From Octopus vulgaris (Eukaryota), in assembly GCA_951406725.2 (NCBI GenBank), contig OX597820.1:21018001-21082000 (forward strand): 64,000 bases of DNA, read 5' to 3'. Positions 37,738-50,619 of this stretch are shown in pieces. Position 1 is the first letter of the stretch, and each line of letters starts with the position of its first letter. The translations under genes and the position numbers were made by a program. The notes below the pieces were generated by a model. It was not told the origin of the DNA. It did no database searches and worked only from the letters and a program-made list of their open reading frames with translations.

Positions 37738-38231
37738 TATTAGTTCAAGAACACAACGTGTCGCCTGGTCCAGGAAACGAAACCACAACCTTACAGTCAT
37801 GTCTCCAATACCCTAATCACTAGGCCACTTGCTTCCACAAGCAAATACTGATGAATGGTGGATGCAGTGATGCACTGGAACAATACATACCTCACCCCCT
37901 CCTATTTGACTGATATGAGATTATCACAGCTCTTCTTAGTTCACATACCTTAAAAGGATATTATCAAATCTTCCTTATTTTTATTTTCCTAAAATTTTCG
38001 TTGCGTCTTGCAACCTTTTCAATAGTCTTGAAAAATTTCCCTTAAATAAAAAATCTTCCTTAAATCTTGAAAAATCTTGAAAAATCTTCCTTAAATAATC
38101 GCTTTCTTCAAATGTCATAATTCAACTTTTAATCTTTCAAATTCTTCAAAGGAACCTCGTACTGGCATTTCAGGGGGTTGCTATAATGAACCTTCTACTC
38201 TGCTTTCATTATAGGTACAGTTAATCGTTAC

Positions 38232-38770
38232 AGGCACAGGCTGTGTGATAAGAAGTTTGCTTTCTGATCACGTAGTTTCAGGTTCAATTCCACTGTGTGG
38301 CACCTTGGGCAAGTGTCTTCTACTATAGCCTTTGGTCAACCAAAGCCTTGTGAGTGGATTTGGTAAATAGAAACTGAAAGAAGCCTGTTGTGTGTGTCTG
38401 TGTGCATCTGTATGTATCTGTGTGTGCATATGCATGTGTTTGTGTGCATGTGTGTGTGTGTATGCACATGCGTTTGTGTGCATATATGTGTATTATACTG
38501 TCTCCTTGTAAATGAGTGTCACCGCTGTGCACGCAGTGTCCTTTGTTACCAATATTCTGTAAAAACACGTCAGGCTATGGGAAAATATCACCTTGCTAGG
38601 AAATAGGTAAGGGTTGTTGACAGGAAGAGCATCTGGTCATAAAACAAATCTACCCTTAGCAAATTCTATCTGACCAATACTAGCATGGGAAAATGAACAT
38701 TAAAATGATGACGACGATAATGATGATAATGGGGATGATGATGATGATGACAACCAGGACAATGACAATG
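38232..38770 (+). mobile_element. SINE with family A head and RTE-like 3' tail
   Basis: A head and (TG)n, then caggaagagcatctgg...agcatgggaaaatgaacattaaaatgatgac. A second copy lies at 62368-62782. Confidence 0.7.
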
Positions 38771-38984
38771 ATGATTATGCTGATAATAATACATTTAAAC
38801 TTCAGGTTATTTCTATACATAATATGACTTCAATCTGATTTAATCTGTGTTTCTGAATTTACGTTATTAGATTTGAAAACAAATTATGATCAGATTATAT
38901 CATGATACAACAAAAGCAGAATTATTATACAAGAAATATTCTATCTATAACTAACATGCAGTCCTCAGCCAACACACCCAGAAC

Positions 38985-39112
<128 letters not shown>

Positions 39113-39234
39113 CATGCACATGTGCTTATGTGTATGTGTGTTTTATTGAAGCTGAAAAATCTGTCACAAACTTTCTTTAAGTTCCACATAAATGATTGTG
39201 AAGTTTTTAAATCATTGAAACAAGTAAAAGAATA

Positions 39235-39895
39235 AAAGAGTCGAGCGAGGTCGTTGCCAGGGCCGCTGACTGGCCCCCGTGCTGGTGGCAGGTAAAACGC
39301 ACCATTTGACTGGCACTTGTGCTGGTGGTACGTGAAAAACAACATTCGAGCAAGGGCATTGCCAGTGCTGCTGGACTGGCTCCTGTGCAGGTGACATAAA
39401 AAGCACCATTTGAGCATGGCCGTTGCCAGTATTGCCTGACTGGCCCTCATGCTGGTGGCATGTAAAAGCACCCACTACACTCTCAGAGTGGCTGGTGCTA
39501 GGAAGGGCATCCAGCTGGAGAAACTCTACCAGATCAGATTGGAATCTGGTGCAGACATCTGGCTCACTAGTCCCCAGTCAAACCATCCAACCCATGCCAG
39601 CATGGAAATCAGATGTTAAATGATGATGATGATGATGAGGATGAATTAGTAGTTAAATACTGTCTTAGTTGTGGAAGATACTGGCGTCACATGACTGGCA
39701 CTCATGCTAGTGGCCCGTAAAAAGCACACATTACACACTTGGAGTGGTTGGTGTTATGAAGGACATCCAGCTGTAGAAACCATGCCAAATCAGACTGGAG
39801 TTTGATGCAGCCCTTCAGCTTACCAGCCCTGGTCAAACTGTCCAACGCATGCTAGCATACACAACAGACGTTAAATGATGACGATGATGATGATA
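39235..39895 (+). mobile_element. two tandem RTE family D 3' UTR fragments
   Basis: Two D tails, each ending cgttaaatgatgatg-like. Confidence 0.8.
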
Positions 39896-39939
39896 TCTTT
39901 TCCCCTTTGCTCTGCATAAATGTACTCATACATATGTGA

Positions 39940-39972
<33 letters not shown>

Positions 39973-40609
39973 GCGTGTGCGTGTTTGTGTGTATTAGTTT
40001 GGAAAGAAATTCCTTTTGAATTTCAAGATAGGAAATAAATAGATATTTCTTCCGTCTTAACGGATATATTTAACAAAGATTATTGATATATTTAATAAAG
40101 ATTATTGATAACATAAGACCATTTGTTTAGTAAGCTGTTGATCCCTCAGGTGCAAATTCTTCAGGTTTTAAAGTAAAGACACTCAAAATCCTTTAACCAC
40201 TTCACAACTGATAAATAAATAATTTTGCAATGATCTGAAAAGATGATAGACAGATGAAGCAAGGCCAGCAGAGTTAGGAGAATGAGATAAAATTTTCATA
40301 TCTAATGCCATAATCTTTGCCTGAATGACCTGAGCATGACAATTTGTGGGATCATGTTAATCCATAATCCTGCAAATTGTCCTGATACCAAGAGAGTTCA
40401 AGTAATTTCTAAATCCCTGGACAGTGACCATGTGCCACTGTATAGTTGCACTTTAGTTGTGAGAGAATCTTATGTAACTTAGATAAATTAAGAAATTATT
40501 TATATTGAAGAAAACCTATGTTGAATAATTAAAACTACATCAATCATGTGAAAATATGTTCTCCTGTATTATTGTACAATTATGAGTCCAACACTCTAAC
40601 CATCAAGCC

Positions 40610-40925
40610 TAGGGGTTAGGGTATTGGAGAGTTGACTGTAAGGTTGTGGTTTCATTTCCTGGACCAGGCGACGTGTTGTGTTCTTGAGCAAAACACTTGA
40701 TTTCACATTGCTCCAGACCACTCAGTGTGGCTTAGTGGTTAGGGAGTTGGACTCATGAACCTAAGATTGTGGTTTCAATTCCTGGATCAAGTGACACATT
40801 CTGTTCTTGAGCAAAACACTTTATTTCACATTGCTCCAGTCCACTCTGCTGGCAAAAGTGAGTAATCCTGTGACAGACTGGTGTCCTGTTCATGTGGGGA
40901 ATATATATATGTGCCATGGAATGAG
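40610..40925 (+). mobile_element. two tandem tRNA/CORE-like SINE heads (family C/G type)
   Basis: Repeated ttcttgagcaaaacactt(g/t)atttcacattgctccag core. Confidence 0.7.
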
Positions 40926-41059
40926 TAATGGTGGGTTCAGTCCCTGCAAATTTTGATGTTGTGGTTCCAGTTAATGATAGTACTTCTCCACAAGAAGACC
41001 AGTACTCCACAGCAGATGTGTTGAGGCCACTCCCCCTGGTAAAGTCATGCGCACTCGTG

Positions 41060-41258
41060 CAGGTGCCACGCATTTGCATTCAAGTGGTGCCACATAAAAA
41101 TACCCAGTACACTCTGTAAAGTGGTTGGTGTTGGGTAGGGCATCCAACCACACGAAGCAACCATGCTAAATCAGACTGGAACTTGGTGCAGCTCTCCAGC
41201 TTGCCACCTCTGGTCAAACCATCCATTATCCATGCCAGCATGGACAATGGATGTTAAG

Positions 41259-41298
<40 letters not shown>

Positions 41299-41323
41299 AG
41301 TGGTGGTGATAGTGATGATGATG

Positions 41324-41415
<92 letters not shown>

Positions 41416-41447
41416 GATGATGATGATGATGAGGATGATGATGATGG
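41060..41447 (+). mobile_element. RTE family D 3' UTR with expanded (GAT)n tail
   Basis: D tail followed by ~190 bp of GAT repeats. Confidence 0.85.
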
Positions 41448-41489
41448 ACGGTTTCATTTTGGTTTAACGCATCATGATAGATGACACGC

Positions 41490-42470
41490 TTCATATCTTG
41501 CCAAACACAAGAGTATAGCTTTCCCCAGGTGTAGTTCTAGTTTTAACTGCTACCTTGTTATTTTTGTTGGATATCATTATGGTAAAAACCATTTTTCATC
41601 ACTTGTGATTGTTGTACACAGGAATGATTCAGTAGCGAGTCTACTCTTCAATGACAAGTGAAAGTCAACTCTGCTTTGATTAAACTGTGAAGCAATCAGA
41701 AAGTTTTGTCACTTTCCCTAGATCTGAAGAAGTATTGTGATCAAAATATTACATGAACTGAACTGTTTACTAATTCTTGTGTAGCTTGTCTCTCTTTTAC
41801 TCTTTTACTCTTTTACTTGTTTCAGTCATTTGACTGTGGCCATGCTGGAGCACCGCCTTTAGTCGAGCAAATCGATCCCAGGACTTATTCTTTGTAAGCC
41901 TAGTACTTATTCTTTTGGTCACTTTTGCCGAATCACTAAGTTATGGGGGCATAAACACACCCGCATCGGTTGTCAAGCGATGTTGGGGGGACAAACACAG
42001 ACACACAAACACACACTCATATATATATACATATACATATACATATATATGATGGGCTTCTTTCAGTTTCCGTCTACCATATCCATACACAAGGCTTTGG
42101 TAGGCCCGAGGCTATAGAAGAAGACACTTGCCCGAGGTGCCACGCAGTGGGACTGAACCCAAAACCATGTGGTTGGTAAGCAAGCTACTTACCACACAGC
42201 TACTCATACGCTTATGTAGCTTGTGTAGAATTTTCTTCGACAATAGTTTTTAGGATCTTTTTATTGACAAAACTTGGTTGGCCAAAGCAAAGGGAATCTG
42301 TGAGAGAAAAATTTCCTGAGCAAAACAGCTCAAACCATCGTTGGCACGTTTGGACAATTACAGCCTTATTTCTACAGACAGAACAGATATTTCTTGCTGC
42401 TTCCATTACTGAAGAACTCTTTTAGAATTCATACAGCATGAAGTGTCTGCTATGGGTCTGATCTAAACTT
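41490..42470 (-). mobile_element. mariner transposase remnant interrupted by a SINE A copy
   Basis: EAARNICSV...TCQRWF...SGNFSL...GQPS is a Mos1-type HTH region, and a TSDEKW motif occurs near 41590-41610. Confidence 0.8.
41790..42214 (-). mobile_element. SINE family A with 10-bp TSD
   Basis: tgtagcttgt at 41780-41789 and 42215-42224. Confidence 0.9.
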
Positions 42471-42733
42471 GTATTAAAAGGGTAAAATATATGTGAATTT
42501 AATCCCTGTGGTATAACACCATTTGCAAAGAAAGAAAAAAATATTAGAGTCTAAAAATTAATGCTTTTCTTACTCCTAATATAGAAAAAGTACTCTTACA
42601 CGCACACACACACACACACACACGCACACACACACACATGTATACACACACATACACACATATACGTGCAGGTGAACACACAAAAACACATGCACATACA
42701 TATATATACATACATGTGTGTGTCTGTGTGTGA

Positions 42734-42780
<47 letters not shown>

Positions 42781-42989
42781 ATATGTTTGAAATTTGTCAA
42801 AGACTTCAGTTAATTAGATTTTGCAGAACTAGAAGCAAATATCTAACAGAAGAGAATCATGGTGTTTGAGAAGAGAAATACTCTACGATAAGCATGTAAT
42901 TAAAAATATTATTTTAGCAAAATAGAGGAGTACTTTTTGAATGGTTACTAATATCTTCAGTTTAATCTAATGAAGTTTATCTTAATTTG

Positions 42990-43036
<47 letters not shown>

Positions 43037-43084
43037 TATATAGATATATACATATATATACATATATACATACATACATATATA

Positions 43085-43564
43085 TCACTTCACTTTGACC
43101 GACCAGTCCGTCAGGCGTCCATTTGACACCGCTGGTCACAGCACGCTGTCCACTCCTCTCTGGATTGTGCCTTTCTCATCCACGTGATCCCAATCATCCT
43201 CCTGAAATCATAACTCCACCATCATGGAGGTCTTCTTGGTGGTCTTTTCTGCTCATACGGGTACCACTCGACAACTGCGTGCGTCCACCGATTATCGGTG
43301 AGCCGGGCGACGTGTCCAGCCCATCTATACTTGCTGCGTGTATACTCTGCGATAACATCTCTCACGCCGGACTTCTTTCTGATGATCTTGCTACTTATGT
43401 GCTCTCTCAACGAGATACCAAGCATTGACCTTTCCATGGCTCTTTGAGCCGTTACCAAAGAACTACCAACCCATATGCCTGCTGTCTCACGTGTACAAGC
43501 TGTTCACGAAGATAATTCTGAACAGGTTGTCACGTCGTCTCGACGAACAATAACCGAGGGAACA
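43085..43564 (-). mobile_element. second RTE-clade LINE family, 3' fragment with inverted 5' piece
   Basis: Minus strand: [13 protein letters not shown]...RWAGHVARLTDNRWT with tail aagtgaagtga. Plus strand 43458-43564: [34 protein letters not shown]. Confidence 0.9.
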
Positions 43565-43598
43565 TACATATATATATATATATATATATGTAAATATA

Positions 43599-43653
<55 letters not shown>

Positions 43654-43669
43654 TATATATATATATAGA

Positions 43670-43880
43670 CTGGTGTCTGTGCCAATGGCACGTAAAAAGC
43701 ACCCACTACGTTCATGGAGTGGTTGGCATTAGGAAGGCCATCCAGCCGTAGAAATACTAGCAGATCAGACTGGAGCTTGGTACAGCTTCCTGGCTTGCCA
43801 GACCCTGGTCGAACTGTCCAACCCATGCTAGTATAGAAAACTGACACTAAAAACGATGATGATGATGATGATGATTATGA
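43670..43880 (+). mobile_element. RTE family D 3' UTR
   Basis: D tail plus (GAT)n. Confidence 0.8.
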
Positions 43881-44309
43881 TATATATATATATATATATA
43901 CAGTTGTTATATTTTGTTGATTTTGCTAGCTATGGGACTTAATCCGATTGATTTTAATTAATTTGGATGAATTGAATAAAATTAAATAATTACAAAGAAC
44001 CGAAATGTCTGAGATGTTTATAATGGGAGAAATGGAATGTAACTTTTTACATTGAAGTTCTACCCTAAAGCAGTAGAGTGTAATTGAAATGAAGATGTTA
44101 AAACTTCAACTTCAAGAAGAGCATAAAAGGAATGACAACAAGAACAAGGACGACAACAACAACAAGGACGACAACAACAACAATCACAGCAATAACAAAA
44201 ATGGTTGCTAAAGTATTAATATATTCAATGTTTAGCAGTAGTTGTATTGAAAAAAGAGTCAGTCTTTTTGTCACTAGTCGCAAGAGGCAGCTGTGTAGTA
44301 TGTAACTAT

Positions 44310-44772
44310 AGGCGTAGTAGTGGCTGTGTGGTAAGTAGCTTGCTTACCAACCACATGGTTCCAGGTTCAGTCCAACTGTGTGGCACCTTGGACAAGTGTC
44401 TTCTACTATAGCCTTGGGCTGACCAAAGCCTTGTGAGTAGGTTTGGTAAATGGAAACTGAAAGAGGCCCATCGTATATATGTGTGTATATATATATATAT
44501 TTATATATATATATATGTAAGTATGTATGAATGTATGTGTGTGTGTGTGTGTTTGTTTGTGTCTCTATGTTTATTCCCCCAGCATTGCTTGACAACCGAT
44601 GGTGGTTTGTTTACATCCTTGTCACTTAGTGGTTCAGCGAAAAAGACCGATAGAATTAGTACTAGGCTTCCAAAGAATAAGTCCTGGGTTCGATTTGCTC
44701 GACTAAAGGTGGTGCTCCAGCATGGCCACAGTCAAATGACTGAAACGAGTAAAAGAGTAAAAGAGTAAAAGA
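44310..44772 (+). mobile_element. SINE family A
   Basis: Full-length match. Confidence 0.9.
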
Positions 44773-45372
44773 AAGAGAGAGAGAGCCATTCCGTGTATTT
44801 GATATCCAGACAAACAGCATCAGTAATAGCAGCATCAGTAGTTTCGCGGAGATAAACTTTTATTTATTACTGTAAAAGTCTTGTGGTTCTTTTATTTTAA
44901 ACAAATCCATAGAAGGAATTCAATATCGACCTCATTAACTTCTGTAAGCTGTACACAGTCGAAATTAATGAGACAAGTCTATGGAAAGAAAGCTTGTCAA
45001 CTTTTAAAGCAATGGCACTACTCACTGACAGAACTTTCTCTTTAATGATGCTATCTTATTAACAAAGATAACAGATGAATATGTATCAGGAAATTGCTTT
45101 CCGGAGAAATGGCAAAGATTGATTTCTGCGTTGAGTGTTTCCTCGCAATATATAATTTAGATAAAACTCACACAGCAGCATACAATTAAAGTTTATTCCC
45201 CACCCCCTCACCTCAACACCCCCACAATCGACAAAGCAAATGGTCACTTTATTCACAATGGATATTACTTTGCTTCCTGACAAGTCTACCTAATAGCTCA
45301 GTTCTTGAAAACAAGCAGAAGGTTAGTGTTCTTTTCGTTTTCCATATGAATTAATATATGTATATAACATTA

Positions 45373-45714
45373 CTAGCAATATCGCCCGGCGTTGCTCGGG
45401 TTTGTTTCGACCCTTTAGAATTGGGATTTTTGAAAAGTAAAAATTTTGCATTATGTAGCTTGTTATTCTCTTTAAGTGAACATTTTTCTTGTTGAAATAC
45501 ACCGAAAAATGGCGACAGCAGTCAAAAGATTGTAAAAAATAGGGCTTTTCATAGAAAAAAAACACTTTTTTTATGTAAATAATTTTTGGTGTTAACATGG
45601 TCCATACTCTCAATTTTGGTCAACTTGCACTGCAGGGTCTTGGAGGAGATAGTGTTAGTTCCAGGCTGCCAAACCTGCCATACACAGACAACTTCAGCTC
45701 TCTATATAGAGAGA
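45373..45714 (-). mobile_element. non-autonomous Helitron (family 1), internally deleted
   Basis: Reverse match to 1525-1918 including the hairpin and CTAG|T end. Confidence 0.85.
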
Positions 45715-46558
45715 TTTGGTTGAATTTTAGCAAAGATAGTAATTTATCCAAAGATAGTAATTTTGCTATGTTTTTTCTTTTATTTTTTCTAAAATGAATA
45801 TTGAAGTTTATACATCAAGAATTTTCTAGAAACATAGAGAGAAATGAAATAATTCTTTTTTAATCATAGAAATTGAAATAGTTAAAGCTATAAACAACAG
45901 CATATAAATATTGGATCAAATACCCTTTTGGGTGTCTTGAACTCAAAATTTATGTGCTATCATTCATAGCTTTATCATCTTTGAATGACTTACTTAAGTA
46001 TTTTTTTAAATATACTTAAGAATTGAAATATATTTATAGCATCTAAATCTCAATTGTAAAACTGATGTATATTTAATATATTTGTCTGATATATTGTAAT
46101 ATGTTTGCTTGATATGTTTTTTATATATTATTTTACCCTAAGTTGTTTTAGTTCTTATTTATTACTGTGGAAGAAAACCATAATAATTTCCATATGACAG
46201 AATACTACATTGGTTAAAAGTATGTTTGCAATCTGTTACTTACAAGTTGGTATCGCCTATCCTTTTACTTGTTTCAGTCAATTGACTGTTTGTGTGTGTT
46301 TGTGTATGTTTGTGTATATGTGTTTGTGTGTATGTGTTTGTGTATATGTGTTTGTGTATGCGTTTGTATGTATGTGTTTGTATGTGTGTGTTTGTGTATA
46401 TGTTTGTGCGTGCTTCTCAACCACATGGTTCCAGGTTCAGTTCCACTGCATGTTACCTTGAGCAAGTGTCTTCTACTATAGCCTCGGGCCAACCAAAGAC
46501 TTGTGAGTGGATTTGGTAGACGGAAACTGAAAGAAGCCTGTCATATATATATATATAT

Positions 46559-46960
46559 CTTTTACTTGTTTCAGTCATTTGACTGCAGCTATGCTGGAGC
46601 ACTGCCTTTATAGTCGAGCAAATTGACCCCAGAGCATATTCTTTATAAGCCTAGTGCTTATTCTATCGGTCTCTTTTGCCGAACCGCTAAGTTACAGGGA
46701 TGTAAACATCCCAGCATCAGTTGTCAAGCAGTGTTGGGGGGGCAAACACAGACACATGAATATATACACACATATACATATATAAATACATATATGATGG
46801 GCTTCTTCCAGTTTCCGTCTACCAAATCCACTCACAAGGCTTTGGTTGGCCCGAGGCTATAGTAGAAGACACTTGCCCAAGGTGCCATGCAATGCGACTG
46901 AACCCAGCACCATGTGGTTGGTAAGCAAGCTACTTACCACATAGCCACTCCTGCACCTAC
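46559..46960 (-). mobile_element. SINE family A
   Basis: Full-length reverse match, preceded by a plus-strand A head at 46415-46545. Confidence 0.85.
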
Positions 46961-47100
46961 GGTGTCTTGGAAAAATTTCAAACCTGGGTTCTCATTCCTA
47001 AAGTATGTTTTTCTATGTTATCATTATTATTAAGGTCACTGTCTGGAATCGAACTCGAAATCATTGGGTTAGTAGCCCACGCCATTAACCACTACGCCAT
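46961..47100 (-). mobile_element. element E, third copy (ends at the hammerhead core)
   Basis: Reverse strand reads atggcgtagtggttaa...gggctactaaccc...gagttcgattcc...gagaacccagg...ccaagacacc. Confidence 0.8.
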
Positions 47101-47206
47101 AAAAAATTGTTTTTTCAGAATGGGTTAAAAAACCAAGGCTGTGAAGATTTTAGAACATAATCTTCACAGCCTTGATTTTTTATCTCATTCTGAAAAAAAA
47201 TTTTAT
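47099..47206. repeat. ~108-bp palindrome / hairpin insertion
   Basis: ttttttcagaatggg...caaggctgtgaagatt-loop-aatcttcacagccttg...cattctgaaaaaa. Confidence 0.85.
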
Positions 47207-47350
47207 ATATACACATGCTGATATCATGACCTACGTTGGGCTCCTTATTCGCATAATCACCGAACCTGGAGCTTAAGTATGGTCTATCCATAGCACTTAC
47301 TCAGCATTACCTGACACCTTTGGGTCTTATTTACAGCATTACCTCTCATA

Positions 47351-47420
<70 letters not shown>

Positions 47421-47654
47421 TGTGTGTACCAAAACTTACAAAGAATAAGTCCAGGGGGAGATTTCTTCAACTAAAAAGTAGTGCTCCAGCATGGCCACAG
47501 TCAAAATGACTGAAACAGGTAAAAGTGTAAAAGTGAGTAATGTTTTCTGCTATACCTAAGATATTTTTGTAATGTCTTGTAATGTACTATTAAATTGCTT
47601 TTAATATTAGTCTCAAATTTTGGCACAAGTCCAGCAAATTCAGGGAGTAACAGT

Positions 47655-47900
47655 TACCTTTTTGAGTCATGCTGATTCATAAGGACCATTTTCCCAGTTT
47701 CCATGCGGTATATATTCTCCACCTGGATGGGACACCAGTCCATCGCAGGAATACTCATTCTTGTCAGCTGAGTGGACTAGAGCAACATGAAATGAAATGA
47801 AATGTTTTTACACAACACAGCACATCAAATCCAGGAATCGAAACCTACAATCTTATGATCATGAGCCTAACACTCTAACCACTAAGCCAGACACCTCCAG
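47655..47900 (-). mobile_element. tRNA/CORE-like SINE with an F-like tail
   Basis: Core ctctagtccactcagctgac and tail gatggactggtgtcccatccaggtgg. Related to 60030-60265. Confidence 0.65.
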
Positions 47901-47904
47901 AATT

Positions 47905-48425
47905 CAGGAGAGTGGGGGTCAGTTGATTACATTGATCCTAGAGTTCAACTGGAAATTATTTCATTGACCCTGAGAGGATGAAAGGCAGAGTCAACTCTGG
48001 TGGAATTTTAACTCGGGACATAAAGACGGATTAAACACCACCAAGCGTTTTTCCCGGTGTGTTAATGATTCTGCCAGCTCACCATCTTAAAAGAGTGTAA
48101 TTTTAAAGGTGGCAAGCTGGTAGAAATATTAGCACTCCGGGCGAAATGCTTAGCTGTATTTCATCTGTCTTTATGTTCTGAGTTCAAATTCCACTGAGGT
48201 TGACTTTGCCTTTCATCCTTTCGGGCTTGATCTGATCAACTGACCCCCTCCCCAAAAGTTTCAGGCCTTGTGCCTAGAGTAATAAAGAAAAAAGTGTAAT
48301 ATTAAAAACAGTCTTAGGGCAGAATCATTAACCTTTCAGGCAAAATACTTAGGAGCATTTCATCTGTTTTTATGTTCTGAGATCAAATTCTGCTGAGGTT
48401 GACTTTGCCTTTTACCCTTTTGGGT
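47905..48425. mobile_element. cluster of three SINE B copies (one -, two +)
   Basis: Body matches, with a head-to-head pair at ~48090/48107. Confidence 0.75.
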
Positions 48426-48432
48426 TATCTGT

Positions 48433-48991
48433 TATATAAAATCCGTTCTGTTTGTCTGTGCATGCATCTTCTAGGATCTCGGGCATCCTCCATCCGATTG
48501 TGCGCTCAAATTTGATACATAGATACCGACAGTATCAGGGCATGTATAAGTCTTGAAAAAATTATAAAAATCGATTCCAGGTGAGAATGTGATCGATAAA
48601 GCCGTTTTTGCTCAGCTTTTCTTCCGTCAATCTGTACATAACTGCACCTTGCATTTTTTGTTGTTTTTGTACTGCTTAAAGGCACGTTTCTTTCCTGCCA
48701 AGCTTACTGTTTAAACCATGTTTGTGTTCTCCCAGTCAACAGCCTTAATCATTACTGGTACTTTACACTCTTCGGTTGCATATTTGTGTGAACAAAATCG
48801 TTTTTCTTTGGAATAGAAAAAAAGTCTATCTTTATTTCTTCTTTTGCTGGTGTCCCAAATTTAAGTTAAATTAGTGTTTCTCAAAGGGGAGATCTATGGG
48901 AAGGTCGGACAAGTTGTTTTGAGAAAATTTGGCTTAAATGTTTGACAACTCAGCACCGCCCATTGGAGGTGGGGGGGGGCGTTTTGCTCGT
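48433..48991 (+). mobile_element. Helitron-like non-autonomous element (family 2)
   Basis: tatataaaatccgttctg 5' end and 3' subterminal hairpin (ccgtccattggacgg in the sister copy), ending CT(C/T)G. The sister copy lies at 54725-55100 (-). Confidence 0.6.
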
Positions 48992-49156
48992 AGTTAATAA
49001 ATTAAGAACCAGTTGAACACTGGGTCAATGTAATCAACTTACCCTTTCCTTGAATTTACTGGCATTGAACCAAAATGTGAATCCAATATTACATTTGTTA
49101 ATACATTTAAATTTTATTCCTGAATATGCACTGCTAAACCTGAGGTGCAGCTAATA

Positions 49157-49682
49157 TACCATAAATCTTTGAGTATAGTCCACCCTTGAGTATAACACGC
49201 AGGGGATTTTTAGGGGCTGTACTTCTGAAAAACCTAAACCTTATGAATAATACGCACTCCTTCTCTAACTTGAGTTGTGCGTAATTAAGCCAGCAGCACC
49301 TAGTCGAACAAACACTTCTGTGCATGCGTAATACAATAATGGTGATGTTCTTAACTGTTATATGGGAATGTAGATATGTTTGCAAATTGATTTTTTTACA
49401 TGTTATTCTGTGTTCTGAATACTTTTATTTTAATAAATATTGCTTACTCTAAGTTATGGATGATTCTTTTATGATATCATTGCTTTCTGGCTTAGCTTAA
49501 GGTATTTTTGCACCCGACATCACAAAATGCATCTGAATAAACATTGCCGGACAGCAAATAGGGACTCGGACATTGCTTAGAAAATATTTTTCATTTTTAA
49601 CCTCGTATATAGTATGCACTAGGTATTTTGACCTTTAAGTTTTGGGAAAAAATGCAGATTATATACTCAAGGATTTACAGTA
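49157..49682. mobile_element. Tc1/mariner superfamily (pogo/Tigger-like) MITE
   Basis: taccataaatctttgagtata ... tatactcaaggatttacagta TIRs with TA ends. Confidence 0.7.
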
Positions 49683-50619
49683 GCTGTACATCTTTTATAC
49701 TGGGGCTATAAACAAAATACTGTAAATACCATTTTTCTTTGCAACATCCACAGAAATGCCATCTCATGTTTCAGAAAGTGTAATAAAGTTTTCAGAAATT
49801 TCCTACAAGCTCTTCGACCAGCATACACAAGGCTGGAAAACCCCGGGAGAAAACTGAAATTATGTGTATGGGAAGAAGACAGGCAATGAAATAGATTCAT
49901 CAGACATAAACTATTGACCTCAGCTTTAGAGATGAAACTTTCGTTTTCAATATTTTATGCACCAACACGGAATTCCGTCAAACTGAAACATTGAATCATA
50001 ACATTGATGTTAAATATTTAATGCATAGATTCTGACACTATGTAAACATCTATGAACTAGACATCTGATGAAAATAAATGAAACATAATGTTGATGTAAA
50101 TAAAATTAAAAAGTAATGCTTATTGCCAAAGATTTGTTTTATAGCATGCCAAAATCTCTAATTTTATTAGGAATAACTCATTTCACATACTTAAATAATT
50201 AACTTGCTGGCTCTATTTTTAGTGAAGGTATGTAACCCAGTTGTTAGGGTGTTTTACTCATGCTCGCAAGATTGTGGTTTCAATTCCTGAAAAGGGCGGT
50301 GCATTGTGTTCTTTAGTAAAACATTCTATTTTACATTGCTTCAGTTCACCTAACTGTAAATATATAATTCTGTGTCAAACTGGTGACCTACTAGGGATTA
50401 ATGTTGTTCATCTCAGCCCCTTATATACCATGGAAATTAGGTAACTGACCCCTATGAGTTCTAGGACTTGAGACAATATTATCTAGGGGACGTTAATTTT
50501 TTTAAAAAATTATATATATATTCAAAGAAAATCTCAAGAATTCATGGAATGGTTACTTCTTAGTCACACTAACAGAATGAAAGTTGCAATATTAAAATTA
50601 TTCTGTCTACTCATATATA

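Noticed and set aside
40330-40482. SDHVPL motif suggesting an APE endonuclease remnant
   Set aside because: A single short motif without the other EN motifs nearby.
41171-41494. Poly-His, poly-Asp and poly-Met ORFs
   Set aside because: These are translations of an expanded (GAT)n RTE tail.
42920-42965. Minus-strand CUGAAGA...AAAGUACUC hammerhead candidate
   Set aside because: G12 is absent and stems I and II do not pair, so it is too degenerate.
44880-45200. Short open frames in unique sequence
   Set aside because: No consistent splice signals or recognisable motifs, and the lengths are expected by chance.
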